NCBI RefSeq assembly: GCF_009914755.1
Contig: NC_060932.1
Reading direction: 5' to 3' (one strand)
Source of the DNA: the human T2T-CHM13v2.0 reference genome, Homo sapiens
Length of the DNA: 64,000 nt
In this document: positions 15,301-26,660 of the stretch, piece by piece
How the letters are laid out: every line of letters begins with the position of its first letter
How positions within the stretch are numbered: position 1 is the stretch's first letter
The notes under the pieces: model-generated
Databases searched by the model: none
The model's input: only the letters and a program-made list of their open reading frames with translations
Told to the model about the DNA's origin: nothing
Program-made: the position numbers and the translations under genes

Positions 15301-16904
15301 CTATGGATTCTTGGGATCTCCTGGAGATTCTCTCTGCTTCTGGATTCCACCTGGGTCCCTGTTGCTACCTCAAGACCCAGCACCTCCTCTAGGGCCTGGG
15401 AAGGAATGGTGGGAGGGAGAAGGGGACGACGGACTCAGGCAGCCACTTTCCGTGTCACAGAGTCCTGGCCAGTTCCATGGGCAGGTTCAGTCTTTAGATG
15501 GTGGCCCTGTGGTGCTGTGTCCTTGCAGGGAGCACAGAAGAATGCCTCTCTGTCATCCACGGCTCCTGAAAAAGCCCATTTGCTCTTCTGCAGGGAGAGT
15601 GGGGTGGTGCAGGAGCAGGGGGAGATAGGGGACGAAGACTGTCACCTCTGGGTTACAGATGGTTCCTCTGCTGCCACCCCCCCTCCCCGCCCCACCCCAA
15701 GTCCACTGGTCAACCTGGCACCGGGGCCAAGCTATGCAGGTGCCGGCATGGGTGCATGCCAGTCTCCTGAGCCCCCTTCCTGCACTATCAACACACACCA
15801 GGTGTCCCAGTCAGTGATGGGGCAGGGGTTCCTAGGTAGCGTGTTACTGATCATGGCTGACACACCAATGCTTGTGGTCATCTACTTTTCCTTAACGAAT
15901 TGGAGCAGATGGAACGCCTTAGATCCGGATCTCGGTTTTACTGCCTCTCATTGGCCCTCAGGAGCAGGCAGGAGAGAACTGTCAGGAGAGCTGGAGAGGA
16001 GGAAGAGGGTGGGGACCCAGGTAATGCGCAGCCTGGTGGCCTCTCCCCTCTCCCGTCGTCCATGGGGAGGACCCATAAAAACGGCTGACCATTCGTGACT
16101 GCCGAGACAACTGCCCACATCACCTACTGAATCTTTAGGCGCCTTCCAATAAGGAGGCTGCACCCGTGACAGTGGGATGTCACCAGAAACACTGTGCTGG
16201 ACAGAGGGAGGCAGGGCAGTGGCGCTCCGGCCTCAAGACCCAGGTGCCCTCAGGGGACTGTGCTCATCCTCCAGGCCCTATGGGGCCACTTTTGGGGATG
16301 GAGAATGAGTTCAGGTCATGACGGACTTGCCTGGTTGAAGTAACTGCCTAGATTGGTTCAAAAGCCTGGAAAGAGGTGCTCTTGCTGCTCAACCCCAGGG
16401 CCTGCCTCTGCATAGGGTAGCCCCGGCCCAGCTCCCTACTCCAGCCTGTGGGGCCAGGTACCCCCAGGGCTGTACTGACAGTCAGTCTCACATGCCCCTT
16501 CCACGTTCCACTTCAGGGGAGGAATGACCTGAGCCTAGCTCCCGGCAACTTTTCTCTCTCTTACTGACTCCAAGTATCTTGACTTTTGCTTGTGGCATTT
16601 TTTTGTGTGTGTGTCTTGCTGACCTTTTAGAAAGAAGTCAGCAGGACTGCATACAGTAACACATGTGGGGCGACACCTGGCCCAGGGAATTTCTGGAAGG
16701 TCACCTAACAGAATTGGTCATTTGTGTTTTTCTCACAGACTCTTCCTCAATGACCCCAGGAAGCCTCCTGTGCCTTCCTTCTGTTGTCATTTTCTCCTTG
16801 GACTCAGCTTTTCTGCCTGTGAAATGGGCCCCTTACCTAGTTCACTGTGCTAGGACGAGGAATGCAGAGAGGGCACAGAAAGTGCACCATGCCCTGCCTG
16901 GCTT

Positions 16905-17205
16905 TTCTGTTGCTGAGACAGGGTCTTGCTCTGCCACCCAGGCTGGAGTACACTGGTGCAACCATGGTTGATGGCAGGCCCTACCTTCTGGGCTCAAGCG
17001 ATCCTTGTACCTCAGCCCCTCCAGAAAAGCAGGGCCTACAAGTGCGTACACCACCATACCTGGCTAATTTTAATTTTTTTATAGAGACAGTGTCTCCCTA
17101 TATGTTGTCCACGCTGGTCTCAAATTCCTGGCCTCAAACGATCCTCGCATCTTGGCCTCCCAAAGTGCTGGGATTACAGGTGTGAGCCACGACACAGCCT
17201 GCCTG
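16905..17205 (-). mobile_element. AluJ, diverged
   Basis: GGGCTCAAGCGATCC and CCTGGCCTCAAACGATCCTC, J-type features. Confidence 0.9.
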
Positions 17206-18197
17206 GCGTGTTTTAACTACTGCAGAGTACTGGCTCCATTTCCCAAAAATACCCACCCAGGGGTGAAAGCTAGCCTGCCTATCCTGCCCTCCTTAAGTAG
17301 CCCCCATTTCCACATTCCCCCATGGAGTCCCCATTTCTATGGCTGAGCAGCAGATCTCTGGGGCAGGAAGGCGGGTAGGCATGTGTAAGTTGTGATGGAG
17401 CCCCCAGCCCCCTAGGCCTCATCCACCTCAGCTCGGTCTCCAGCTCCAGCGACTCATAGGAACACCACAGATGCACGAAAAGCAGCCGGGTCACTCCTTA
17501 TGGAAGGCGTGCCAGCCGGGCACAGCAGGTCCCATCCGTCCTTCTAGGGCGGCCAGTAAAGAGCCTTTCTGGTAATAAATGTAATGAACATGTGATCATT
17601 CTGCTGACTGCAGCCTGCTAACAAGCTTACGATTAGGATCACCGAGATTCTCCAAGTGCCCGAGTGTCTCAGCCTATTACATGGAGGTGACACGCTCTCA
17701 TACCACCCTGGGAAATGCAGGATGGCTCCTGGCAGCACAGGTGGCAGTGGGCACCAGTGGGCAAGGTTAGAAAGGCATTGAGACCCAGAGCCCAGAGTGG
17801 AGACCAGGACCCTGTGTTTGTCCAGAACAACAGTGTTTCCAAAGGGCTTCCACCCTCTGTTCACGTGAACCTTCCATTGACTAAAATGTAGGCTTCTTAT
17901 TCCTGTTTCTCAGCTGAGGACAGGGAAGCCTGGGGGAGAGGACAGGCATGACCACAGCCACCGGTCAGCAGCCGAGGCCAGCCCTGAACCCTGGCTCCTG
18001 ACTACTCCCACAGGTGGCTAGACAAGGATGCTGCCCTGCCCCAGGAGCCCAGTAGGTTATAAAATACCCAAAGGAGCTCTAGACATGGATCAGCCTGTAT
18101 GTGAGTCAGACTCTCCCTACCCAGCTCACATCCCCGGGACTCAAAACACGTGACGTTTATTTCACAGGCCATCTCTTTGGTTTTTGGTGGTGGTTTG

Positions 18198-18296
18198 TTT
18201 TTGGAGACAGGGTCTCACTCTGTCACCCAGGCTGGAGTGCAGTGGCGTGATCAGGGCTCAGTGCAGCTTGGACCTCTCAGGCTCAAGTGATTCTCC
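18198..18296 (-). mobile_element. Truncated Alu (3' part of right arm) abutting an L1 tail
   Basis: GGAGACAGGGTCTCACTCTG...GCTCAAGTGATTCTCC followed by polyT. Confidence 0.9.
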
Positions 18297-19145
18297 TTTT
18301 TTTTTTTTAAGTTGTGGTAAAATACACACAACATAAAATGTACTATCTTAGCCATTTTTAAGTGTACAGTTGTGTTAAGTACATTCACATTGTTGTACAA
18401 CTATCACTACTATCTCTAGAACTTTTTCATCTTTCTGAACTGAAACTCTGCATAAAACTTCCCTGTTCCCCGATAGCATATGTGATACTAACATAGGCAT
18501 GAAAAGCACTTGTACATGGGGTGGGGGCTGCCCTCTCTTGCTGCCAGGATCACCTGTGCTACCACTGAACCTGGCTGGGTTAGTAACTCTGCAGATCCGA
18601 GACCATATGGAAAGAGGCCCGCATCATCCTAGCTGTGTAAGGTGAGACCCCAACATGAAGGAAAGGCCACCTAAGACTATTCAGCCTCAGATGGGCTCTC
18701 CAGACCACAAGAACTGTAAGAAATAAGACGTATTTGTTGTTTTATGTCATTAAGTTTTGGGGTAGTTTGTTATACAATACAAATGGATTCAAAGAGTCTC
18801 CCCATATTTTTAGATGAGAAGCCCCAATATTATCAATAGCACCTCTCCCCTCTCCTTCAATAATTCTAATAAAAATACAAATAGGAAAAAAACAAAAACA
18901 AAAAAACTTCCCTGTTCCCCTACTCCCCAGCCCCGGGCAACCCCCATTCTGCTTTCTGTCTCCTCTGAATTTGACTCCTCTAAGCTCCCTCATATACATG
19001 GAATTCCACAGTATGTCTTTTTGTGACTGGCATATTTCACTTAATGTCTTCAAGCTTCCTCCAGGAGGTGGCATGCGTCAGAATACCCTTTCTTTTTAAG
19101 GCTGCACACTATTCCACTCTACGTACATGCCATATTTTGTTGCTT
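18297..19145 (-). mobile_element. L1MB-like 3' end, split by the insertion at 18472-18902
   Basis: GTGGTAAAATACAC..ACATAAAATG..CCATTTTTAAGTGTACAG; resumes after 18920 with CCCCAGCCCCGGGCAACCCCCATTCTG. Confidence 0.88.
18472..18902 (+). mobile_element. Orphan retroposed segment (MLT1 fragment + unique sequence + AATAAA + A-tail) with 18-bp TSD
   Basis: AAAACTTCCCTGTTCCCC at 18454-18471 and 18903-18920; AATAAA at 18868-18873; A-rich tail from 18886. Confidence 0.8.
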
Positions 19146-19719
19146 TTGTTTCTTTAGCTGTCAAATAATACACATCTGGGAACATGACAAGCACACCCCA
19201 CAAAGACACCTCGTTATGCTCCAGCCTGTTGTATCAGCAGCTTCCAGCGCTGACCCTGTGCTCCTCTACAGAACTGCAAAAGGAACGTGACAGCAGAAGG
19301 ACTTGCCCCAAGCATATGGCTTGGCCATTCTTTCTCCTGCCCAACCCAGCTGATCCCAGTGGCCATGACGCCATTATAAAGACAGAAAGCTAACAGAGAG
19401 CTTGTCCTGGGTCACCTGATGGCAAGAGAGCTAGACTTGCCCGCCTGCCCTCCACCCAAAGAGATATACGCTCTAAACACCAAGCGCCACCAACTTCCCA
19501 AGTAACCTCCTGATTCTAGGAGATGACAGGAGACATACTCAGAGTGCCAGGAAAGCAGCATTTGCGTTTTAAGCACCAGGTACAGTGTCCATTTTCTAAT
19601 GGATGTCAGGAGGAGTTTGCAGGGCCCCTCTAATGGGGCAGAGACGGATTGCAGGGTGCCTCTCTTTCACCATCTCACGTCATCAGGCTACTCATCCTGC
19701 AGGGTGGGGCCGTTATTCT

Positions 19720-19857
19720 ACTTTACCCACTAGGAAACCCAAAGCAGTTAGGGACCTTACTTAAATTCACAGACCTTACTTGAATTCACTTTACCCACCA
19801 GGAAACCCAAAGCAGTTAGGGATCTTATTCAAATTCACATGCCTTACTCAAATTCAC
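19720..19857. repeat. Nested tandem duplication: 68 bp x2, each containing 19 bp x2
   Basis: ACTTTACCCAC(T/C)AGGAAACCCAAAGCAGTTAGGGA at 19720 and 19788; inner unit ~GACCTTACTTAAATTCACA. Confidence 0.92.
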
Positions 19858-20227
19858 AAGGGTGAGGGGTAGGTCCGGGACAAGAATCCAGGTCTGGATT
19901 CCATGCCCCCTCCCACATCCATGCTGTTCCCGGAATTTGGGGCTGTGGGATAAGGAAGCCCCCAGGATGCCGAGTGTTCTGTCCTGCGACACGTGAGAGG
20001 TGCAAGGGATGATACAAATCCACAAGAACCTTGTATAGGAATTCTACAGAGCAGGGTCGGGAGGGAGTGGAGGGGGCTGGCTCTAGAGATGCTGATGCCT
20101 ATGAACCTGTGGGCACATGCGTGGGAGGGAGGGGCCTGCATGTGCACCCTGTGTTTGTGCGCACAAGGATGCCGTATGTATGTATTCACCCCCCGCCTTA
20201 GGAGGACTGACCTATAGACATATTTTT

Positions 20228-20495
20228 GTTTTGTTTTGTTTTTGGAGACAGGGTCTCACTCTGTCACCCAGGCTGGAGTGCAGTGGCGTGATCATGGCTC
20301 ACTGCAACTTTGACCTCTCAGGCTCAAGTGGTTCTCCCTGTTGGTGTTTTTTTTTTTGTTGGTTTTTTTTTTTTTTTTTTTTTTTTTTAGTCGTAGTAAA
20401 ATACACATAACATAAAATGTACTATCTTAGCCATTTTTAAGTGTACAGTTAAGTACCTTCACTTTGTTGTACCACTATCACTACTATCTCTAGAA
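20228..20495 (-). mobile_element. Second copy of the Alu/L1 chimera at 18198-18421, flanked by ~30-bp direct repeats
   Basis: Same Alu truncation point and L1 junction; flanks CCTTAG(G/A)AG(G/A)ACTGACCTA(T/C)AGACA at 20196 and 20498. Confidence 0.88.
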
Positions 20496-21424
20496 GTCCT
20501 TAGAAGAACTGACCTACAGACACTTTTTAGAAAAAAGTATTACTAGAAAGGAACCTGAACGTACAATAGTGTCTCTTGGGGACCATGGATTCCCTTGAGA
20601 CTCCAGTGAATGCTTTGGACACTCTACCCAGATAAACTCACAATCAAATACTTGCTTATAATTTCAAAGGATCCTATGACCCTCTGGAGTCCATCCAACC
20701 ATGATTACATCCTATGAACTGAGCTGCCCCTCCAGAGTCACCACTGCAACTGCCCATCCCCCAGCAGTCGCCAGGCACAGGGCTCCGGAAATGGGCAGGC
20801 AGATCCACTCAGCGGTGCATATTTCCAAGACAGATGACCCTCATTTCCATCACAGTTTGAAGGCCCTTGTGGCAAGGAGGAATGGCTGTGCTTGCTAAAG
20901 GGAAAGTCACAGGAAAGAAAGAGGGTACCTGCAGTTCAAACCTCATCAGACTGCAAGCCTCATTATGTCTTCTCCAAGCAATCCCCATCCCCTACACCCA
21001 CCAAAGGAATTTAGCCTTAAGTGTTAGGTTTTCATGTAATTATTTGTAAAACGTATATGTGTATTTCATTTTGTGATCACTTTTTAAAGTATTGTGGTGG
21101 TATGAAATTAGTTTCCTAGAACAGAAATCTAATTTATGACCCTGAGCCCATCGGAAATTAGGGTCGGGCTTCTAAGAGGTCAACTTGAAGCTGCTGTCCG
21201 GGAGCCAGCACAGCTGCTTTAGGGGAAAACTCGCAGGCAGGACGCGGGCATGTGGATTCTAGACTCACTTCGCCCTCTAGCGGCAGCAGGACGCCTGTAC
21301 AAGGCACTTCACTTGGTTCCTACCTTCCCCCTTCTGCACGGAGACCACTTCAATTCCCTCCACATCCACTCCATCAAATTCCATGCTATGCTTGTCCTGC
21401 GTGTGCACACGTGCGTGTACACAG

Positions 21425-21452
21425 ACACACACACACACACACACACACACAC
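21425..21452. repeat. (CA)n microsatellite
   Basis: (AC)14. Confidence 0.95.
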
Positions 21453-21758
21453 AACATGCAGGTTTAATAAGCCCAGACAATGCCCCAGTCAGCTATTTTA
21501 GTCCATAGGGAGCACAGGTTGACCAAATAGATGTCAATCAAAACTTTAAAAAAAAAATGTGAAATGACTGGGATGGCTTTTAAATAAAGCCACTAATAAG
21601 AAAACATCATCTATTCTGAGCTGGGCAGAGGCTCCTGCATCTCTGGCTGAGTGGTGCAGAGCAGATGCACCCCCACCTCCTGCGGTTCAGCCACAAGGAA
21701 GGGGGACGGCTGACTGGGCACTGACTGGCTGGGCTTACTAAGCCTACATGGAGTGTGC

Positions 21759-21761
<3 letters not shown>

Positions 21762-21796
<35 letters not shown>
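21762..21796. repeat. (TG)n microsatellite
   Basis: (TG)17. Confidence 0.95.
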
Positions 21797-21797
<1 letters not shown>

Positions 21798-22527
21798 TTC
21801 TGACGAAGGGATGAGTGCTTCTCTTCAACACCAAAGAAGACCCCGGAGCAACAGGAGCTCCAGGCTCTGGGACAATGGAATTGCCCCTGTGAGTCATCAA
21901 TCACTGCTGGCACATGCAAGGAGGACAAACCCAGGCCACCACAGTGTGACAATGACAAGGAGCGCGTTCAAAGGGGCTGAAGCCTTTACAAGCCCCCATC
22001 GGAGCTCACTGACCCTCCCAGCTTTGTGAACTCATTGGGAGGGAAAGGAGAGAAAGAGGTGACACAATTAGATCTAACTTGGTCCATTAAGAGACCTGCT
22101 TATGCAAATGCACGGCCTCTAGCTGGACGGATGGGGCTTCTTCGTACAGCTGCAGCGCTCCTGTGTTCCGTCCTTTCCCATACTCTGCAGGTTTGTCACA
22201 CAGCTAATGGCTTTCATTATCTATTCCTCTGTGTCCTCTGCACCCTCGAGGTAAATCACAGTGTCTTCAGACTGCTAAGGATATTTCTCTTGGTTTGCAA
22301 TGCAGAACGACAGAGCTACAAGCTGAGTTGTGTCTCTGCAGAGGACGGGGAGGATGGAGAAGGAGAGGAAGGAATGAGTTTGTTTCAGCTTGTTGGCTCC
22401 ACAGCTCTGCCCTTGCTCCTCAGACAGCCTGCAAAGTTTGCAAGAAATGCAAAGTCTGGGCCCTTCCCCAGACGTACCGAATCCCATGTGAGGTTAGAGT
22501 GTAAGCAGCTCTGCTCTTGCAGGCAAG

Positions 22528-22790
22528 TGTGGTCAACTGCACAAGTGCTCTCCAACTCCCTCACCCTCCTTTTGAAGTCAGGTCACCCACGGGACCTGCT
22601 TTGGCCAGTAAGCTGTGAGTGAAAGTCACATGGGTGGTCTCCAGGCAGACGCTATAAAGCACTAGCGGAAGCGTCCCTACTTGTCCACCCTTTGCCACAG
22701 TAACCAGCCATGCTCCAGCCAGTGATGGCTCCAACACCCTGGGCCCTCACATAAGGACACTGACAAATCCACGCTGGGAGCACCACGGCC
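22528..22790 (+). mobile_element. Old MLT1 (I/J/K-like) LTR fragment
   Basis: CTGCTTTGGCCAGTAAGCTGTGAGTGAAAGTCACATG resembles the MLT1 core. Confidence 0.55.
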
Positions 22791-22934
22791 CGATGGAATC
22801 GTTTATTTCCTGCGTTGGTTTTCCTGGGCTTTCCCGGGCATGGGGTGTGATACCGAAGGGTTGGGAAGTCAGCACAGTTCAGCCGAAGCGAGCAGATTTC
22901 TCTGTGAAGAAGTTTTTAAACTCTCCAACTTCAC

Positions 22935-23560
22935 TTCATGAATGAATCTCGACAATTGTTATTGCGCACTGGCTGTGTGTCAAGGACCGGGCTAGGCACG
23001 AGGAACACAGGGATGAACAGCACAAGCCCTGCCCGCGAGGTGCTCTCAGAAGAGTGTACGGGCAATTCCCACGACGTGTCTGCAGTGCCCAGCGTGAGCA
23101 GGTGCCGTGCCAGGTGCTGGGGAAGCAGGCTCAGGCAGGAGAAGTTCCCTCACACCAACAGCCACACCCCAGGGAGTGACGAGGACTCCTGTCCCCCACC
23201 CAGAGGGTCAGAATTCCCTTGGAGGAGAGAGGACACACGGGACTGTGAATATCCACCACGCGAGGCAGAGGGGATGTGCGGAAATGGAGGTGCAAACAGT
23301 CCTTTGAGGGCATGGAGGAAGGAAAGGTTAATCCTGCTGGGAAATTGCAGGAGGAGGTGGGCACTGAACTGGGAATTTGACAGTAGGCAGGAGTAGGGTG
23401 TGAAGGGCATGCTCCAAGCAGAAGAAACTCCGTGACCAAACACATGGAGGCTGGGGGTTGGGGGTAATGAGGTGTATCTCAGGGTGCTGACAGGTCCGGA
23501 GGAGAGTGCAGGGAGGGCAAGTCAGGTGAAATCAAGGATAAACTGGAAAGGTGGGCTAGG
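22935..23560 (-). mobile_element. L2 fragments
   Basis: TTATTGCGCACTGGCTGTGTGTCAAGGACCGGGCTAGGCAC..ACAGGGATGAACA, the reverse of an L2 3' end. Confidence 0.65.
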
Positions 23561-24969
23561 CCAGGGTGAGGGCGACCCAGCAGATGGGACCCTGGGGCTC
23601 AACCACAGGAAAAGATGGAAGCAGAGGTGGATGGAGAGGCTGCTGGAGGCATCAAGCTGTGGCCTATTTCTGCGTACTCGTCTCTGGGGACCCAGCTGCA
23701 CACCCCCTGATTTTCCATCGCCTGCAATCACAGTGGTACAAGGGGCCACTTCAGGAGACTGAAGGAACCACGTGAACCCAGGCAAAGACAGCAGGTGCCT
23801 CTGAGGCTCACCTGCTTGCATGCAGCAAGGTCTGTAAGGCTGAGCTCAAGTGGGAACCCAGAGGAAGTGGGTGGCCGTCATTTGTTTTCCCATTACTTCC
23901 TTGTCGTCCTTCACCTCCCCACACCTCACAAATTCCAAGCATAACTTCCTAGATGCAAGGGGAATGGGTCCTTCCTTCTCTACCGCACATCGTGAATGGT
24001 GGGGACCCACCAGGCTGGACAGGGCTGGCTGCAGGTCTAAGCTGCACCCTCCTGGGGCCAGAGCATGAAACTCAGGGTCCTATAGTTGAAATGTGCAACC
24101 ACCCATTTGCTCTGGCTCAGACAGTGCACCCTCCACCCGCAGGATGGTTTCCCTCCATCATGCATTCAAGGACTGCTGCTTCCTCTTGATTTGGGCTTTC
24201 CTTTGAGGTCTGCTGGCTTTTAAAAATAATTCAAGTGACTTTTCCTCTACGAGTTTTCTTTTCATGGCTTTCAGTTTCGGGAGACACGGATCTTCTCCTT
24301 CTCTTTCCCTGTCCCTGTCTTTGTATAGATCTCTGAGGGGTTATAATCTGCTTTTTCATATCTGCAATCAATTAACTACAACTTCTGATTTTTGTTATAT
24401 GCTTAGCATTTAGTACACAAAGAAAACCACTTTTCACTTTTCAGGGAAAGCCAAGGATAGCAGGTTTCACCTTGGGGATGAAATGCAGATTTTGTTAAAA
24501 GGAAAGAGCCTTCATTCCAAAAGGTTGAATAGAAAAGAACTTCAAGCATAGCAGCAGATGCTTAAGCTTAGAGCACTGAATTCAGTGGGCAATGGGACTC
24601 CTCTGAATGTCACCGCTTCTCATTCACAGAAGAACTGCAGCAATTCAGAGCCACTAGAAAGAATAGTCTCACTGCAGACGGTTGACAGAGTGGCCAAGTG
24701 TCTTGGCTGCCAGGGCTGGGGGTGTCTCAGGATGCAGAACTTTCAGTGCCAACGCTAGGAAAGTCCTGGCAAACTGAGATGGTGGGTCACACCGACTGCA
24801 GAATGGTTGGAGGCATTTGTTTCTGTTAAGTAAGAAGCACTGGATAGTTTGTTTCACTCATCTGGGTCTCAGTTTCTCCAGCCGTAAAATGAGGAAGTTA
24901 AGTCAGCAGGATGCCTCCTGTTTACTTACACATGTCTCTTGGGACTGTGTCTTCCAGAGCCTTTTCTAA

Positions 24970-25332
<363 letters not shown>

Positions 25333-25334
25333 CT

Positions 25335-26660
25335 ATCCTTTCAAACTTTACAATTCAGTGGTTTTCAAAATATTTTCAAGGTTATGTAACCATCACCGTT
25401 TTTCCCCCATTTTAAATTCTGTTCCTCAGACTGGATAATATCAATTGACTTATCTTCCAGTTTCATTCTTTCTTCCGCCAACTCAGCCCTTCTGGCGATT
25501 TTTTAAAAAGTTATTGTATCTTTGAATTTCTACTTAGTTCTTTTTTTTTTTTTTTAATATCTCTCTCCTTACTGATATTCTTTATTTGTTGAGGCATTAC
25601 TCTAACATTTTCTTTTAATTTTTTCAGTTTCCTTTAGTTCTTGGTGCACCTTTATAACAGCAGATTTAAAGTCTTTGTTTAGTAACGGATACCGTCATGT
25701 TTCTTTGTTACATATTTTTTTCTTGAAAATCAGACAATTTAAAAAATAATGTGGCAACTCTGGAAATCCGATGTCCTGCCCCACAGTGTGGTGTTGCTTC
25801 TGCTGCTGCTGTTCCTTTGTTCAGTGACTTTCTTGGACTAATTCTGTAAAGTCTGTCTTCTCTTTCAGGTGTGGCCATTGAAGTCTCAGTGTGGTTAGCT
25901 AATTATCACCGAATGGTTAGGCACCGAATTCCTTACAGGCCTGGAAGCACCAGACTCCTACCTTTGCTGAGGGCTGTGTGTGCGCTAGAGCACAGGAAGC
26001 TTCAGGGACCCCACGGTTCTCCACTCGGCCTTCTCTTCTTCTCTTCCCTTGTGCAGGGCCTCATGGCAGCCACAGGCGAGATCAGGGCCTTCCTGGGCAT
26101 ACGCATTCCTCAGTGTGGTGTTTCCATTTCCCAACTGAAGGCCACTTAGGTTGTTTCCTGTTTCTGGCTATTATGAACAAAGCTGCTGTAAACATTTGGG
26201 AATGGGTTTTTGTGTCGTCTTATTTCTCGTAGGTAAAAATCTAGGACTGGGATTGCTGGCTCACAGTAGGTGGAAGTATATTAAATGATGGGAAATTTCC
26301 AATGGTTTTCCAAACTGATCATGCCACTTTGTGCTCCCCACCTCAGTCCCCTGCAATGCATGAGAGTTCCCATTGCTCTGTGTCATTCCCAGGACTTGGT
26401 ATTGTCACGATTCTTTGATTTGCTCATTCTAACTGCTGTAGAGTAGCATCACAACGTGGCTGTCATCTGCATTTCTCCAATGACTAATGATGCTGGGCAC
26501 CTTTTAACGTTCCTATTTGCCTTCTGTATACGAAGGCATCCTGTAGGTGAAGGGACTTCTTTGGTGAAGTGTCTGTTCTAATCTCGTGTCCATTTTTTAA
26601 TCAGGTGATTTGCTTGTATTGTTGAATTTTGAGGGTTCTCTAAATATTCCAAAGTTATGC
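25335..26660 (-). mobile_element. Several old L1M fragments
   Basis: GGCTATTATGAACAAAGCTGCT, GGGATTGCTGG, GCATTTCTCCAATGACTAATGATG, TTTGGTGAAGTGTCTGTTC. Confidence 0.75.

Noticed and set aside
15406-16098. 230-aa ORF on + with a hydrophobic stretch
   Set aside because: No family similarity, non-ATG start and no promoter or splice support; a chance GC-rich ORF.
22026-22622. 198-aa ORF on +
   Set aside because: Runs into an MLT1-like repeat and has no recognisable domain.
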